DNA from: Pseudobacteriovorax sp.
Lineage (GTDB): Bacteria; Bdellovibrionota_B; Oligoflexia; Oligoflexales; Oligoflexaceae
Reading direction: 5' to 3'
Assembly: GCA_050293845.1 (NCBI GenBank)
Contig: JBNKNM010000001.1
Location: 1-64,000 of the forward strand
DNA: 64,000 bases
The translations under genes and the position numbers were made by a program. The notes below the pieces were generated by a model. It had not been told where the DNA came from, did not search any database, and saw nothing but the letters and a program-made list of their open reading frames with translations. Positions 39,636 through 48,614 of the stretch are shown here, piece by piece; within the stretch, counting starts at the first letter, position 1, and each line of letters starts with the position of its first letter.

Positions 39636-39742
39636 GGGGGTGTGTTGCTAATATCCTAAATTCTACTGATAAGACCTGACATTAGCCCAGGGATGAGTCG
39701 CGAGCAGCTTTTATCAGTAGAATTTTATTGACAACAATCCCC
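39636..39742 (+). other. Long imperfect hairpin in the purH leader (unassigned structured RNA or inverted repeat)
   Basis: Perfect 15-bp stem AAATTCTACTGATAA (39658-39672) / TTATCAGTAGAATTT (39711-39725), extended outward by GGGGGTGTGTTGCTAATA / TATTGACAACAATCCCC. The structure is clear; the function is unknown. Confidence 0.6.
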
Positions 39743-39759
39743 TGAACATTGGAGGCCCC

Positions 39760-41322
39760 ATGAAAGATAGCTCACCCATAGCCCTCATTTCGGTTACCGA
39801 CAAAACCGATGTTGTACCTTTTTCTCAGAAACTCAGCCAATTGGGTTTCACCATACTTTCTACCGGTGGTACAGCCCAAATTTTGCGGGAAGCTGGCATC
39901 GATGTTTTCGACGCTGCAAAATACGCTGATAGTCCCGAAATTATGGATGGTAGGGTCAAAACTTTACACCCCAAAATCCATGGTGGTATCCTAATGGATC
40001 GCTCCAACCCCCAACACCGGGAAGAGGCCAAAAGCCACAACATCATGCCTATCGACCTCGTTGTCGTAAACCTTTATCAATTCAAGACGCAAGCTGTTGA
40101 ACAGAAATTGACACTCAAAGATGCTATTAAGTTTATTGATATTGGTGGCCCCACAATGTTAAGAGCTGCTGCCAAAAACTATCTACATGTAGCGCCCGTT
40201 ATTGACCCCAAAGATTATGACAAGATTATTCAAGAATTGACCAAAGGCGAGCTGAGCTTAAAAACTAGACAGTATCTTGCCGGCAAGGCATTCAGTCAAA
40301 TATCTGACTATGACCGCATGATTGCCAACTATTACCTCGAAGAAGGGCTAGACCAGACATCTGAGCAAGCAGAGCTTAAGCTATCTCTCCAGTCACCCCT
40401 CCGCTATGGTGAGAACCCTCACCAAAAAGCTAATTTTTATACCTATTCTGGTGCTCCTTCTGGACTTCAAGAAGCCCATGTACTCCAAGGGAAAGAGCTA
40501 TCTTACAATAATATCATTGATGTTGATGCCGCAGCTCATATAGTAGCTGACTTAGCGGATTATACGGCAGTAGCTATTATCAAGCACACCAATCCTTGCG
40601 GGGCTTCAGCGTCAAAGACCTTATCTGTTAGAGATGTCTTTAACAAAGCATTGGCAGCTGATTCAAAATCGGCTTTTGGCGGTATTGTGGCTTGCAATCG
40701 CCCCGTAGATGGTGAAACTGCTGCAGTCATGTCTGGGATCTTTCTCGAGTGTGTGGTAGCTCCCAGCTTTACCGTAGAAGCTCAGGAAATCTTTTCGAAA
40801 AAGAAAAATTTACGCTTACTAGAACTCCCCTTTTTAAAACACGGAAACACTACAGGCCAACATCAGATCAAATCTGTACGCGGAGGTATTCTCATACAAG
40901 ATGCTGATGAGAAACTTCCCAGTGATACCACCAGCTGGAAGCCCGTGACACAAACAGGCTCTGACGCCTACACTGATGACTTGGTTTTTGCTATGACTAT
41001 CGCGAAGCATGTTAAGTCAAATGCAATAGTATTTGCTAAAGATCTTAGCACCCTAGCCGTTGGAGCCGGCCAAATGAGTCGTGTGGATGCTGCTCAATTC
41101 GCAGCCCTCAAAGCTAAAGAGTTCGGCCAGAACTTAGAAGGAGCCGTAATGGCTAGTGATGCTTTCTTCCCTTTCCGCGATACAGTGGACTTTGCCGCCA
41201 AACTCGGTATCAAAGCCATTATTCAACCAGGTGGATCTGTACGGGACCAGGAGTCAATTGACGCATGCAATGAAAACAATATCGCTATGATTTTTACTGG
41301 AATCCGTCACTTCAAACACTAA
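39760..41322 (+). CDS. purH: Bifunctional AICAR transformylase / IMP cyclohydrolase
   Basis: ALISVTDK, STGGT, GRVKTLHP, IDIGGPTMLRAAAKN, LRYGENPHQ, KHTNPCG, ASDAFFPF, RHFKH. Confidence 0.98.
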   Translation: MKDSSPIALISVTDKTDVVPFSQKLSQLGFTILSTGGTAQILREAGIDVFDAAKYADSPEIMDGRVKTLHPKIHGGILMDRSNPQHREEAKSHNIMPIDLVVVNLYQFKTQAVEQKLTLKDAIKFIDIGGPTMLRAAAKNYLHVAPVIDPKDYDKIIQELTKGELSLKTRQYLAGKAFSQISDYDRMIANYYLEEGLDQTSEQAELKLSLQSPLRYGENPHQKANFYTYSGAPSGLQEAHVLQGKELSYNNIIDVDAAAHIVADLADYTAVAIIKHTNPCGASASKTLSVRDVFNKALAADSKSAFGGIVACNRPVDGETAAVMSGIFLECVVAPSFTVEAQEIFSKKKNLRLLELPFLKHGNTTGQHQIKSVRGGILIQDADEKLPSDTTSWKPVTQTGSDAYTDDLVFAMTIAKHVKSNAIVFAKDLSTLAVGAGQMSRVDAAQFAALKAKEFGQNLEGAVMASDAFFPFRDTVDFAAKLGIKAIIQPGGSVRDQESIDACNENNIAMIFTGIRHFKH

Positions 41323-41520
41323 ATTTCCTGTAAGGTATAGCCTATAGGAGCTGAGTATTTGTAGATGAAATGCTTTTAAAGCATATGTTGTTCAGAAATA
41401 GGGGTTCCCAAGCCCCTGTTCTCGACTATAATGATAACTAAGTGACTAAAAATAGTGAGTATAAAAACAAATTCTTGAAAAACCTTTGGGAACTCCGATG
41501 GCTTTTATAGGAGGTTGGCT

Positions 41521-41881
41521 TATGTGGTCTAAGGTTTACAAGAAAAGCCTCATGGCACGTGCAGGATTCGTTATATTCCTACTGTCTCCCACCTTCCTGG
41601 TTGCAGATGATGCCGAGTTCTTTTCTGGTCAAGACCCTGAATCAGTGCGGGAAGAATACTTCAATTATGGCATGCCGTGTGCCAAACTTGTTGAGATAAA
41701 CTACTCAGAATTCTTAGCCTTGATCCATCCCAGCCACAGGGAGTTTTTCAACTCGTTTTGCCTTCCTGAAAATGTTTATACCTGTTCCGATTACAATGGC
41801 TTACTGTATCAGCAAGGGGTACTTGAAAACACCAGTGGCCCTATGTGCGAATTCATACCCTCCCCGGATTCTTCCAAGTAA
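41521..41881 (+). CDS. Small secreted Cys-containing hypothetical protein
   Basis: GGAGG before ATG near 41522; hydrophobic signal-like segment; four Cys in the mature part. Start uncertain. Confidence 0.55.
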
Positions 41882-41909
41882 CAGCCACGTTAGCACTCTT
41901 ACATCAAAG

Positions 41910-43244
41910 CTATAGTAATTTTGCTGCTTTAGAGGCTAGCTCACTTCTTTCTCCCCGCTTTAAGGTAATATGGCCGGCGATAGGCTCATTCTTAAAGCGC
42001 TCAATGACGTAAGTCAAACCGTTGCTCTGGGAGTCAATATAAGGATTATCAATCTGGTAGGGGTCGCCTGTCAGAACTACCTTGGTTCCTTCCCCAGCCC
42101 TTGTCAAAATCGTTTTGATTTCATGGGGAGTCAAATTCTGCGATTCATCAACCACAAAATATTGGGCTGGCAGCGACCGGCCTCTGATATATGTTAAAGG
42201 TTCTATAGCAAGCATGCCTTGATTTATCAGCTCTTCGTAGCTCTTGCTGAGGCGTTTACTACGAGGGGACCCGCTCCCCCCTCCCAATAGGAGTTCTAGA
42301 TTATCGAAAATGGGCTGCATCCATGGATTGAGTTTTTCATCCAGATCTCCCGGTAAGTAGCCAATATCACGACCCAAAGGAAAAATAGGGCGGGACACCA
42401 GTAATTTTTGATATTGATCTTCATCTGTGGTCTTAGTAAGTCCCGCGGCAATCGCCATCAACGTCTTTCCAGTACCGGCTTCCCCACTGATAGTCACCAA
42501 ACGGATTTTGTCATCCAGTAGTACCTCCAAAGCCATGGCCTGCTCCAAGTTACGCGAGTAGATACCCCACACCCCATCTGTGCGAGGCTCTATCATGCGA
42601 ACCACCTTTTCGATACCATCATAGATGCCATACACCGATTGGTTGGGGTCCGACTCCTCCTCAAGCACTATAAATTGATTTGGTAGCAAATTTTCTTCGG
42701 GAAGACGAATCTCACGCTGAGCATAAAAGTCATTGACCACTTTTGGTTCGACTTTGATATTAACTACTCCCGTATAAAGATGCGATATATCAACTTTATC
42801 GGCTTCAAAATCTTCCGCAGCTAAGCCAAAGGCATCAGCTTTAATTCTTAGATTACTATCCTTAGTGATGATGGACACCCGTCGGGTATCACCAAACTGC
42901 TTTTGCAAGGTCAAAGCAATGGCCAGAATATGATTATCGGTACTATTCACCAATAACTCTGGTAAAACATCCATATTGTGGCCTAAATATACGAATAGCT
43001 GTCCTGAATCCTTGCGATCATCGAAAATAGGAATTCCGGAAGATAATGTTCCTTTAACGCGTAACTTATCAAGTATCCGTGATACTTCCCGTGCATTGCG
43101 TCCAATATCACTCATATCTTTCTTGAACGTGTCGATCTCCTCAATTACAGAAATAGGAATGACAACATCGTTATCGTCAAACTTAAAGACACTAAGGGGA
43201 TTGCTTAACAACACATTGGTATCCAGAATGAAGACTTTCTTCAT
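41910..43244 (-). CDS. phoH2: PIN-PhoH fusion (PhoH2/YlaK family)
   Basis: PIN ILDTNVLL...EEID...DNHIL...TKDSNLRIKA; PhoH GEAGTGKT, SRP, IRGRSL, DESQN, GDPYQID. Confidence 0.93.
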   Translation of the reverse strand: MKKVFILDTNVLLSNPLSVFKFDDNDVVIPISVIEEIDTFKKDMSDIGRNAREVSRILDKLRVKGTLSSGIPIFDDRKDSGQLFVYLGHNMDVLPELLVNSTDNHILAIALTLQKQFGDTRRVSIITKDSNLRIKADAFGLAAEDFEADKVDISHLYTGVVNIKVEPKVVNDFYAQREIRLPEENLLPNQFIVLEEESDPNQSVYGIYDGIEKVVRMIEPRTDGVWGIYSRNLEQAMALEVLLDDKIRLVTISGEAGTGKTLMAIAAGLTKTTDEDQYQKLLVSRPIFPLGRDIGYLPGDLDEKLNPWMQPIFDNLELLLGGGSGSPRSKRLSKSYEELINQGMLAIEPLTYIRGRSLPAQYFVVDESQNLTPHEIKTILTRAGEGTKVVLTGDPYQIDNPYIDSQSNGLTYVIERFKNEPIAGHITLKRGERSELASKAAKLL

Positions 43245-43465
43245 ACTCCTACGTACCCCACATCAAATAAAATTTTTGAGATTATTTGTTATTTCTAACA
43301 CATCTTATTGATTTCCAAAAGCAATGAATAAGATCAGGTTAAAAATGACCCATTTCGAGAAAATAATCTATTTATTATTATATTTTGCAAAGACTGGTAA
43401 TATATCTGAAGATCATTTCTCCGGCATCAGATTGATATCAGTCCTATGGAAGAGGGAGTAGCAAG

Positions 43466-45715
43466 ATGACCGAAGCCAATCATTTACTTCATAATCTCAA
43501 TGTAGAAGCTCGTAGCCTATTCCAGGAGCGACAAGCGATTCTCAGTTTTGTAGATTACCTAAAACTCTTGGAAGAACAGCCGACACGTCTCATTCGTAAT
43601 GCAAATCAGTATCTTTTTGACGTTTTCAATCACTATGGATTATCGGAACAATGGTCAGAAAATGGTCACCCTAGGTGGAAAATTTTCGATATTGGGACGG
43701 AAAGAAACATCCCTATTATCGGTGCAGAATCAGTACAAGAAGAAATTTTCAATATACTGTCCTCATTTATTCGCCAAGGCTACTCTAATAAACTCATCGT
43801 CCTGCATGGCCCCAATGGCTCTGCTAAATCCTCTATCATAGAATCACTCTCCAACGCGATGCGATACTATAGTGAAACCGAGGAGGGAGTAGTCTACAGG
43901 TTTAACTGGATATTTCCAACTGATAAGTCCTTGACTTCAAAAAGTATGGGAATTTCGGGGCCCATTGGTTTTTCACCTGAAAAAGACGATATTGGTGGAG
44001 ATTCGTTTGCCTACCTTGACGAGTCACGCATCGCCTCAAAAATTCACTCTGAATTTAGAGAAAATCCTATCTTTCTGATTCCCATGCCTCAACGGGAGCA
44101 ATGGCTAAGAAAATGGTTAGCTAAGGAAAAAAATACTAGCCCTGATAATACTGATTTGCCACCACATGTAAAACTCCCGGGTTTATCAAAACGCAACCAA
44201 CTGATCTATGAAAACCTTCTTTCCGCTTATGAGGGTGACCTATCAATGGTTCTGCGCCATGTCCAAGTGGAACGTTTTTACTATAGTCGTCAATACCGTG
44301 TGGGAGTGGGAACAGTAGAGCCCCAGATGTCTATCGATGCTTTTGAAAAGCAGCTCACTATGGACCGTAACATTGCCAATTTACCCCCTGTACTCCATAA
44401 TATTAGTTTTCACGAGGTTGGGGGACCTGTCATTGAAGCAAATAGAGGTATTCTAGAATTTTCAGACATGTTAAAAAGACCTATAGAAGCTTTCAAGTAT
44501 CTTCTTTCGGCAGTTGAAAAAAGCACCTTAAATTTACCATCATCTACAGCTAATCTTGATATTGTCTTCTTTGCTACCACTAACGAAAAGCACCTAGACG
44601 CTTTCAAAACCATACCTGACTTCGCGTCGTTCAAGTCACGATTCGAGCTAGTTACAGCTCCTTATCTTCTGCAAGCTAGCCAAGAAGTAGCTATTTATAA
44701 AAACGATATTGAAGCTATCCGCAAGGATAAACCAGTATGCCCTCACACCTTAAGGCTGCTTTGCCTCTGGGCTGTTATGACGAGACTTAAGCAACCAAAC
44801 CCTGAGAGCTATGAAGCCAAATATCGTTCCTTGATTTCCCGCATCGACCCCCGAACAAAAGTCAAGTTATATGAGCAGGAAACTTTAAGCGACCTATTTA
44901 AATCCCAAGAAGAAAAGATACTGCAAGAGCTTCGCAAGCAGATTCGCGAAGAGTTTGACAACATTATTTCCTACGAAGGAAGATTTGGCGCATCCCCTCG
45001 GGAGATCAGGACTATCCTATACCGTGCTGCCCAAAATCAGAAATTTAAAACTTTAACTCCCATGAGTATATTCTTCGAACTCGAGCGCTTGGTTAAGGAT
45101 CGGACAGTTTATGAGTTTTTACAGCTAGAGCCCCGGGGTAAATATCACCAGCCACAGGAGTTCATTTTATACATCAAGAAAGACTTCTGCGACACCTTCG
45201 AACGTGAACTTACCAGCTCTATGCGTCTTGTCGAGGATGAGGAATATGCTAACTTACTCAATCGCTATGTAGATCATGTTGTAGCCCATGTTAAAAACGA
45301 GAAAATATACAACAGAATCACCAATGCTTACGAGACACCATCTGAAAAAATCATGACTGAAATTGAAAAGATCATCAAGGTTACAACACCTGTCGAACGC
45401 CACCGAGAAGCTATTCTCGGGAAGATTGCCGCTTTCAAAATAGACAATCCCAGTAAGGACATCCGGGTTGTTGAAATCTTCTCTGATTATCTTAAAGCGC
45501 TTGAAGAGCATTATTTTAAAGAAAGACAAATCTCTGTGGATAGCAATTATAAGGTTATGCTAAGCCTCAATACCGATGCGGAAAAGAATTATAAGAAAGA
45601 GGAAGTTGATCTTGCCAAAATTACTTTCGAAAACCTAAAGCAGAAATTCGGTTACGATCAAATTTCTGCTGAGGAGTGCTTACGGTTTCTCTTGACTTTT
45701 CGTAGTAAATCCTAA
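43466..45715 (+). CDS. prkA: PrkA/YeaG-family AAA+ serine protein kinase
   Basis: LHGPNGSAKSS, VYRFNWIFP, ANRGILEFSDMLKRP, TNE, EGRFGASPRE. Confidence 0.9.
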   Translation: MTEANHLLHNLNVEARSLFQERQAILSFVDYLKLLEEQPTRLIRNANQYLFDVFNHYGLSEQWSENGHPRWKIFDIGTERNIPIIGAESVQEEIFNILSSFIRQGYSNKLIVLHGPNGSAKSSIIESLSNAMRYYSETEEGVVYRFNWIFPTDKSLTSKSMGISGPIGFSPEKDDIGGDSFAYLDESRIASKIHSEFRENPIFLIPMPQREQWLRKWLAKEKNTSPDNTDLPPHVKLPGLSKRNQLIYENLLSAYEGDLSMVLRHVQVERFYYSRQYRVGVGTVEPQMSIDAFEKQLTMDRNIANLPPVLHNISFHEVGGPVIEANRGILEFSDMLKRPIEAFKYLLSAVEKSTLNLPSSTANLDIVFFATTNEKHLDAFKTIPDFASFKSRFELVTAPYLLQASQEVAIYKNDIEAIRKDKPVCPHTLRLLCLWAVMTRLKQPNPESYEAKYRSLISRIDPRTKVKLYEQETLSDLFKSQEEKILQELRKQIREEFDNIISYEGRFGASPREIRTILYRAAQNQKFKTLTPMSIFFELERLVKDRTVYEFLQLEPRGKYHQPQEFILYIKKDFCDTFERELTSSMRLVEDEEYANLLNRYVDHVVAHVKNEKIYNRITNAYETPSEKIMTEIEKIIKVTTPVERHREAILGKIAAFKIDNPSKDIRVVEIFSDYLKALEEHYFKERQISVDSNYKVMLSLNTDAEKNYKKEEVDLAKITFENLKQKFGYDQISAEECLRFLLTFRSKS

Positions 45716-46953
45716 GAGCCTTTCTCTGGAATGATCACCTTTTGGGCAATCATTTCGGAGATAAACTTTTTTCCATCCAGATAATCATCACCAAAGACAT
45801 CAGTCAAAAATTTCCAGCCTATAGACTGCGACGATGCGAATTTTTTTAGCACATCGTGCTTGTTTTGATTGATAAATACGCGATCTTCAACCTTCCCTTT
45901 GGATAAAAAACAAATTACATAAGGGTAATCGGAAAACTTTTGAGCGACTTGATCATCCAATTCATTAGCCATAATTTTGACTTTCCGGCTGAGAATATAA
46001 TTTCTCACAGGTAATTTCCAAATCTTTTGATGGCTTTTTCTACAATCCTTCCATAGCTCTTGAGGAAGAATTGTGTCTCCCCCCTCTTCAAGATCTGCCG
46101 GATCTAACTGATCATTGAGGCTTTTGGGAACCATTTTTACCATAGCCCTATCGAACTTGCTTGCTTCTCGAATGTCTGACTGATTGGCAATGTCCCAAAG
46201 TTGATCCCGATAATTGCGGATTAACTCCCCGCATGCTTCAAAAAACTCTAGCTCGCGTCCAAACCAACTACCCCAAATATAGCTCCTGGCTTCTTCACTC
46301 CATCCCCCCGTCTCAGGGTCAGAGACTAATTTAATCTTTTTAGCCAGGGAGTTAACTCTTTTGATATATGACTTCACATCAAACTCCAACTGCTCCATGG
46401 CCCATTGTGCCAAGGACATTTCTATCTGGGAGCCGAGCGTTTGGACTTTGGTCCAAAAGTCATCGCCCTTGCTCCCATGATCCTTATGGCAGAAGAATGT
46501 AGAGCAAACCGAGTTTCTAAATGCGTGAACTTGGCAGTATCCATTATCTCGATCTAGCATGGGGCAAAGGACCGTTTCACTGCGGCCAAACCTGTCATGT
46601 TCAAGATCTTCCAGGTAATCAATCCATTGCTGCGGGGTGCTATTCATCCCTTCAGGGGTTGCATACCCCGCTGTGATAATACTAGTGACGCGGTGCGCAC
46701 CACTGCGCGTGTGAGTCGCTAACCCTAGAAGAAAATTGGGAATTCTAGGAAAGTAGGTGCAACATCGGTAGTCAGGTCTGTAGCCGGAAAAAATAGCTTT
46801 TGGACAGTCCATACACGTTGCACGCCGCTCTTCGGGAAAACTCAACTGGAGAAACTCTTGGGGCATCATATAGCGCCAGACACCTGGAAAAACATGATGC
46901 TGAATTTTTAAAGGATGAAAAATAGGATCGTTTACAGAATGTTTATTAGTCAT
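45712..46953 (-). CDS. Cys-rich protein, YkgJ/FliB-like (CxxCxxCC) metal-binding domain
   Basis: CMDC...RCCTYFP...CPML...CQVHAFRNSVCSTFFC. Confidence 0.65.
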   Translation of the reverse strand: MTNKHSVNDPIFHPLKIQHHVFPGVWRYMMPQEFLQLSFPEERRATCMDCPKAIFSGYRPDYRCCTYFPRIPNFLLGLATHTRSGAHRVTSIITAGYATPEGMNSTPQQWIDYLEDLEHDRFGRSETVLCPMLDRDNGYCQVHAFRNSVCSTFFCHKDHGSKGDDFWTKVQTLGSQIEMSLAQWAMEQLEFDVKSYIKRVNSLAKKIKLVSDPETGGWSEEARSYIWGSWFGRELEFFEACGELIRNYRDQLWDIANQSDIREASKFDRAMVKMVPKSLNDQLDPADLEEGGDTILPQELWKDCRKSHQKIWKLPVRNYILSRKVKIMANELDDQVAQKFSDYPYVICFLSKGKVEDRVFINQNKHDVLKKFASSQSIGWKFLTDVFGDDYLDGKKFISEMIAQKVIIPEKGS

Positions 46954-47040
46954 TGATACTCTTTACCAGAATTAATAGAAGTACTATCATTACAAAGTAA
47001 CTATATGGTTTATACAGTTTCTGCAAGTACATGGGGGACT

Positions 47041-47301
47041 ATGACTGACGACCTTACCAAAGCACTGCGTAAAATTTCCAGTGACTTACCTCCGCCCAGG
47101 CTTAATTTATCACAGCAAGAACTACAGCTACTAAAGAAAAAACTGGGGCCACGTACTATTACCAGTATCCTTAAAGCCAAAAAACAGCTCCCTGAAAGGC
47201 GTATACCGTTTTTATTTAACAGCCTAGATTCCCAGGATGTTTTGGATGTTTTAAATAATTGTTGGGATGGCATATTAAATGCGGACAATGAAAAAGATTG
47301 A
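47041..47301 (+). CDS. Small hypothetical protein
   Basis: GGGGA before ATG 47041; amphipathic helical sequence; no recognisable family. Confidence 0.5.
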   Translation: MTDDLTKALRKISSDLPPPRLNLSQQELQLLKKKLGPRTITSILKAKKQLPERRIPFLFNSLDSQDVLDVLNNCWDGILNADNEKD

Positions 47302-47394
47302 TTTTCTTTGATTATAACTGCAAGCTAATATTTCTTAACTATACAAGAGCCCTAGGCCTGCTGTTATAAATTTCTAAAATATTCACAGTAAAGC

Positions 47395-47424
47395 TTGCGG
47401 AGTACACCTCCTTACGGCTATATT
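47395..47424 (+). promoter_or_regulatory. Candidate sigma70 promoter for infC
   Basis: TTGCGG-N18-TATATT. Confidence 0.35.
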
Positions 47425-47484
47425 TTGTAAGAATTTTTTGGCTAGGAGAACAACGAACTTTAACTTCGTAGGAGATTCAATTTT

Positions 47485-47976
47485 TTGAAGGTATTAGAAA
47501 GATCCGATCTTAGGTCCATGAAAGAGGTTCGGCTCGTAGGAGAAGGACAAAATGAAATCGTATCAGCCATGGATGCATGGTTTAAGGCCGATGACCAAGG
47601 GCTAGACCTTGTGCTAGTCAGTTCAGAGGATGCTATTCCGCCGGTTGTTAGGATCCAAGATTTCAAAAAGCTCCAGTACGAAAAGAAAAAGAAGCAAAAG
47701 CAAAACCGCCACAAAACTGAACTCAAAGAAATCCAGCTAAAAGCTAATATTTCTGATCATGATCTCCAAACTAAAGTCAATAATATTGATCGGTTCCTTG
47801 AGCGCGGTGACAAAGTTAAGATCATAGTTCGCTTAAAGGGTCGTGAACGTGATAACCCTCAAAGAGCCCATGCCTTGATAGACAAGGTCATGGAGTCCGT
47901 AACAGTAGCCCATAAGTTTAGCAAGCTTCCTGGCCCTATTGCCACGGCAATTTTAGAGCCAGCTACAAACAAATAG
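47485..47976 (+). CDS. infC: Translation initiation factor IF-3
   Basis: EVRLVG, GLDLVLVS, PPVVRIQDF, LKEIQL..NISDHDLQTK, FLERGDKVK..RLKGRE. TTG start behind AGGAG. Confidence 0.95.
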   Translation: MKVLERSDLRSMKEVRLVGEGQNEIVSAMDAWFKADDQGLDLVLVSSEDAIPPVVRIQDFKKLQYEKKKKQKQNRHKTELKEIQLKANISDHDLQTKVNNIDRFLERGDKVKIIVRLKGRERDNPQRAHALIDKVMESVTVAHKFSKLPGPIATAILEPATNK

Positions 47977-47993
47977 CAACCCCCCAGCACCGT

Positions 47994-48020
47994 AAGAAAG
48001 AGCATAAGCTCTTTCTTTTT
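47994..48020 (+). terminator. Rho-independent terminator after infC
   Basis: AAGAAAGAGC-ATAA-GCTCTTTCTT running into a T tract. Confidence 0.75.
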
Positions 48021-48215
48021 CAATTTAAAAACTTAGTTAGGTTTAAGTTCTTGGCAAAGGTCTCATTTTCTTTTTGATAAGTAATTTCTCTTAACTCTTT
48101 TCACTAGTTCCCATAAATCCTCAAAAATCCTATAATAAGTCCTATTCTTTTCTACATACAAAGTTTTCATAAAGTATCTTCAAAGCGTCCCATGGACTAA
48201 ACAAGGAGGCTCACC

Positions 48216-48614
48216 ATGGAAACAGCGGAAAGCCATGCAATAAACGCAATTTGGAAGACCGATCTGAAATCACCCGAGGAAAAGCTAATCCTTTATCAGC
48301 TGGCTTCGAAGCATGAGCTGGGAGAACGCTATTCCTCTTCATGGAAGCACATCGATCAATTCTTAAAAGATTTTAAAACAAGATGGTGCCCCTTGAAGGA
48401 GTTAAAAGATAGCACACAGTTAAGTGATGTTAAGCTAAAGAGAACACTAGCAGAATTACTCAACAGAAAGTACATAGAGTCCAATGAAATTCCTGTTAAA
48501 CTGAAAAGGAATCGAGAAAACTCTGCGGAGACGCAATCAATTTATGCCATTACACCTAAGATTTTTGAGGAGTTTGCTACTGTCGTGGAAGAGCAGCAAG
48601 TATCGAACTCTTAA
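48216..48614 (+). CDS. Winged-helix DNA-binding protein (HTH_36-like)
   Basis: AIWKTDLKSPEEKLILYQLA...ELKDSTQLSDVKLKRTLAELLNRKYI...SIYAI. Strong RBS AAGGAGG. Confidence 0.6.
   Translation: METAESHAINAIWKTDLKSPEEKLILYQLASKHELGERYSSSWKHIDQFLKDFKTRWCPLKELKDSTQLSDVKLKRTLAELLNRKYIESNEIPVKLKRNRENSAETQSIYAITPKIFEEFATVVEEQQVSNS

Noticed and set aside
39686..39708. SRP (4.5S) RNA, suggested by size, a GGGGG start and CAGG...AGCAG
   Set aside because: The 11 nt between CAGG and AGCAG do not form the 3-bp stem with GNRA tetraloop, and the flanking pairs do not fit. Not called without an Rfam scan.
39636..39742. ZMP/ZTP riboswitch call for the purH leader
   Set aside because: The sense strand lacks GACUGGCG and CGCCUGGGC. 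Partial look-alikes (CGCGACU, CCUGGGC) occur only on the antisense strand, without the intervening helix.
47408..47474. Anti-SD pairing of CTCCTTACG with CGTAGGAG at the infC RBS
   Set aside because: The upstream arm lies inside the spacer of the likely promoter (47395-47424), so it is probably not transcribed.
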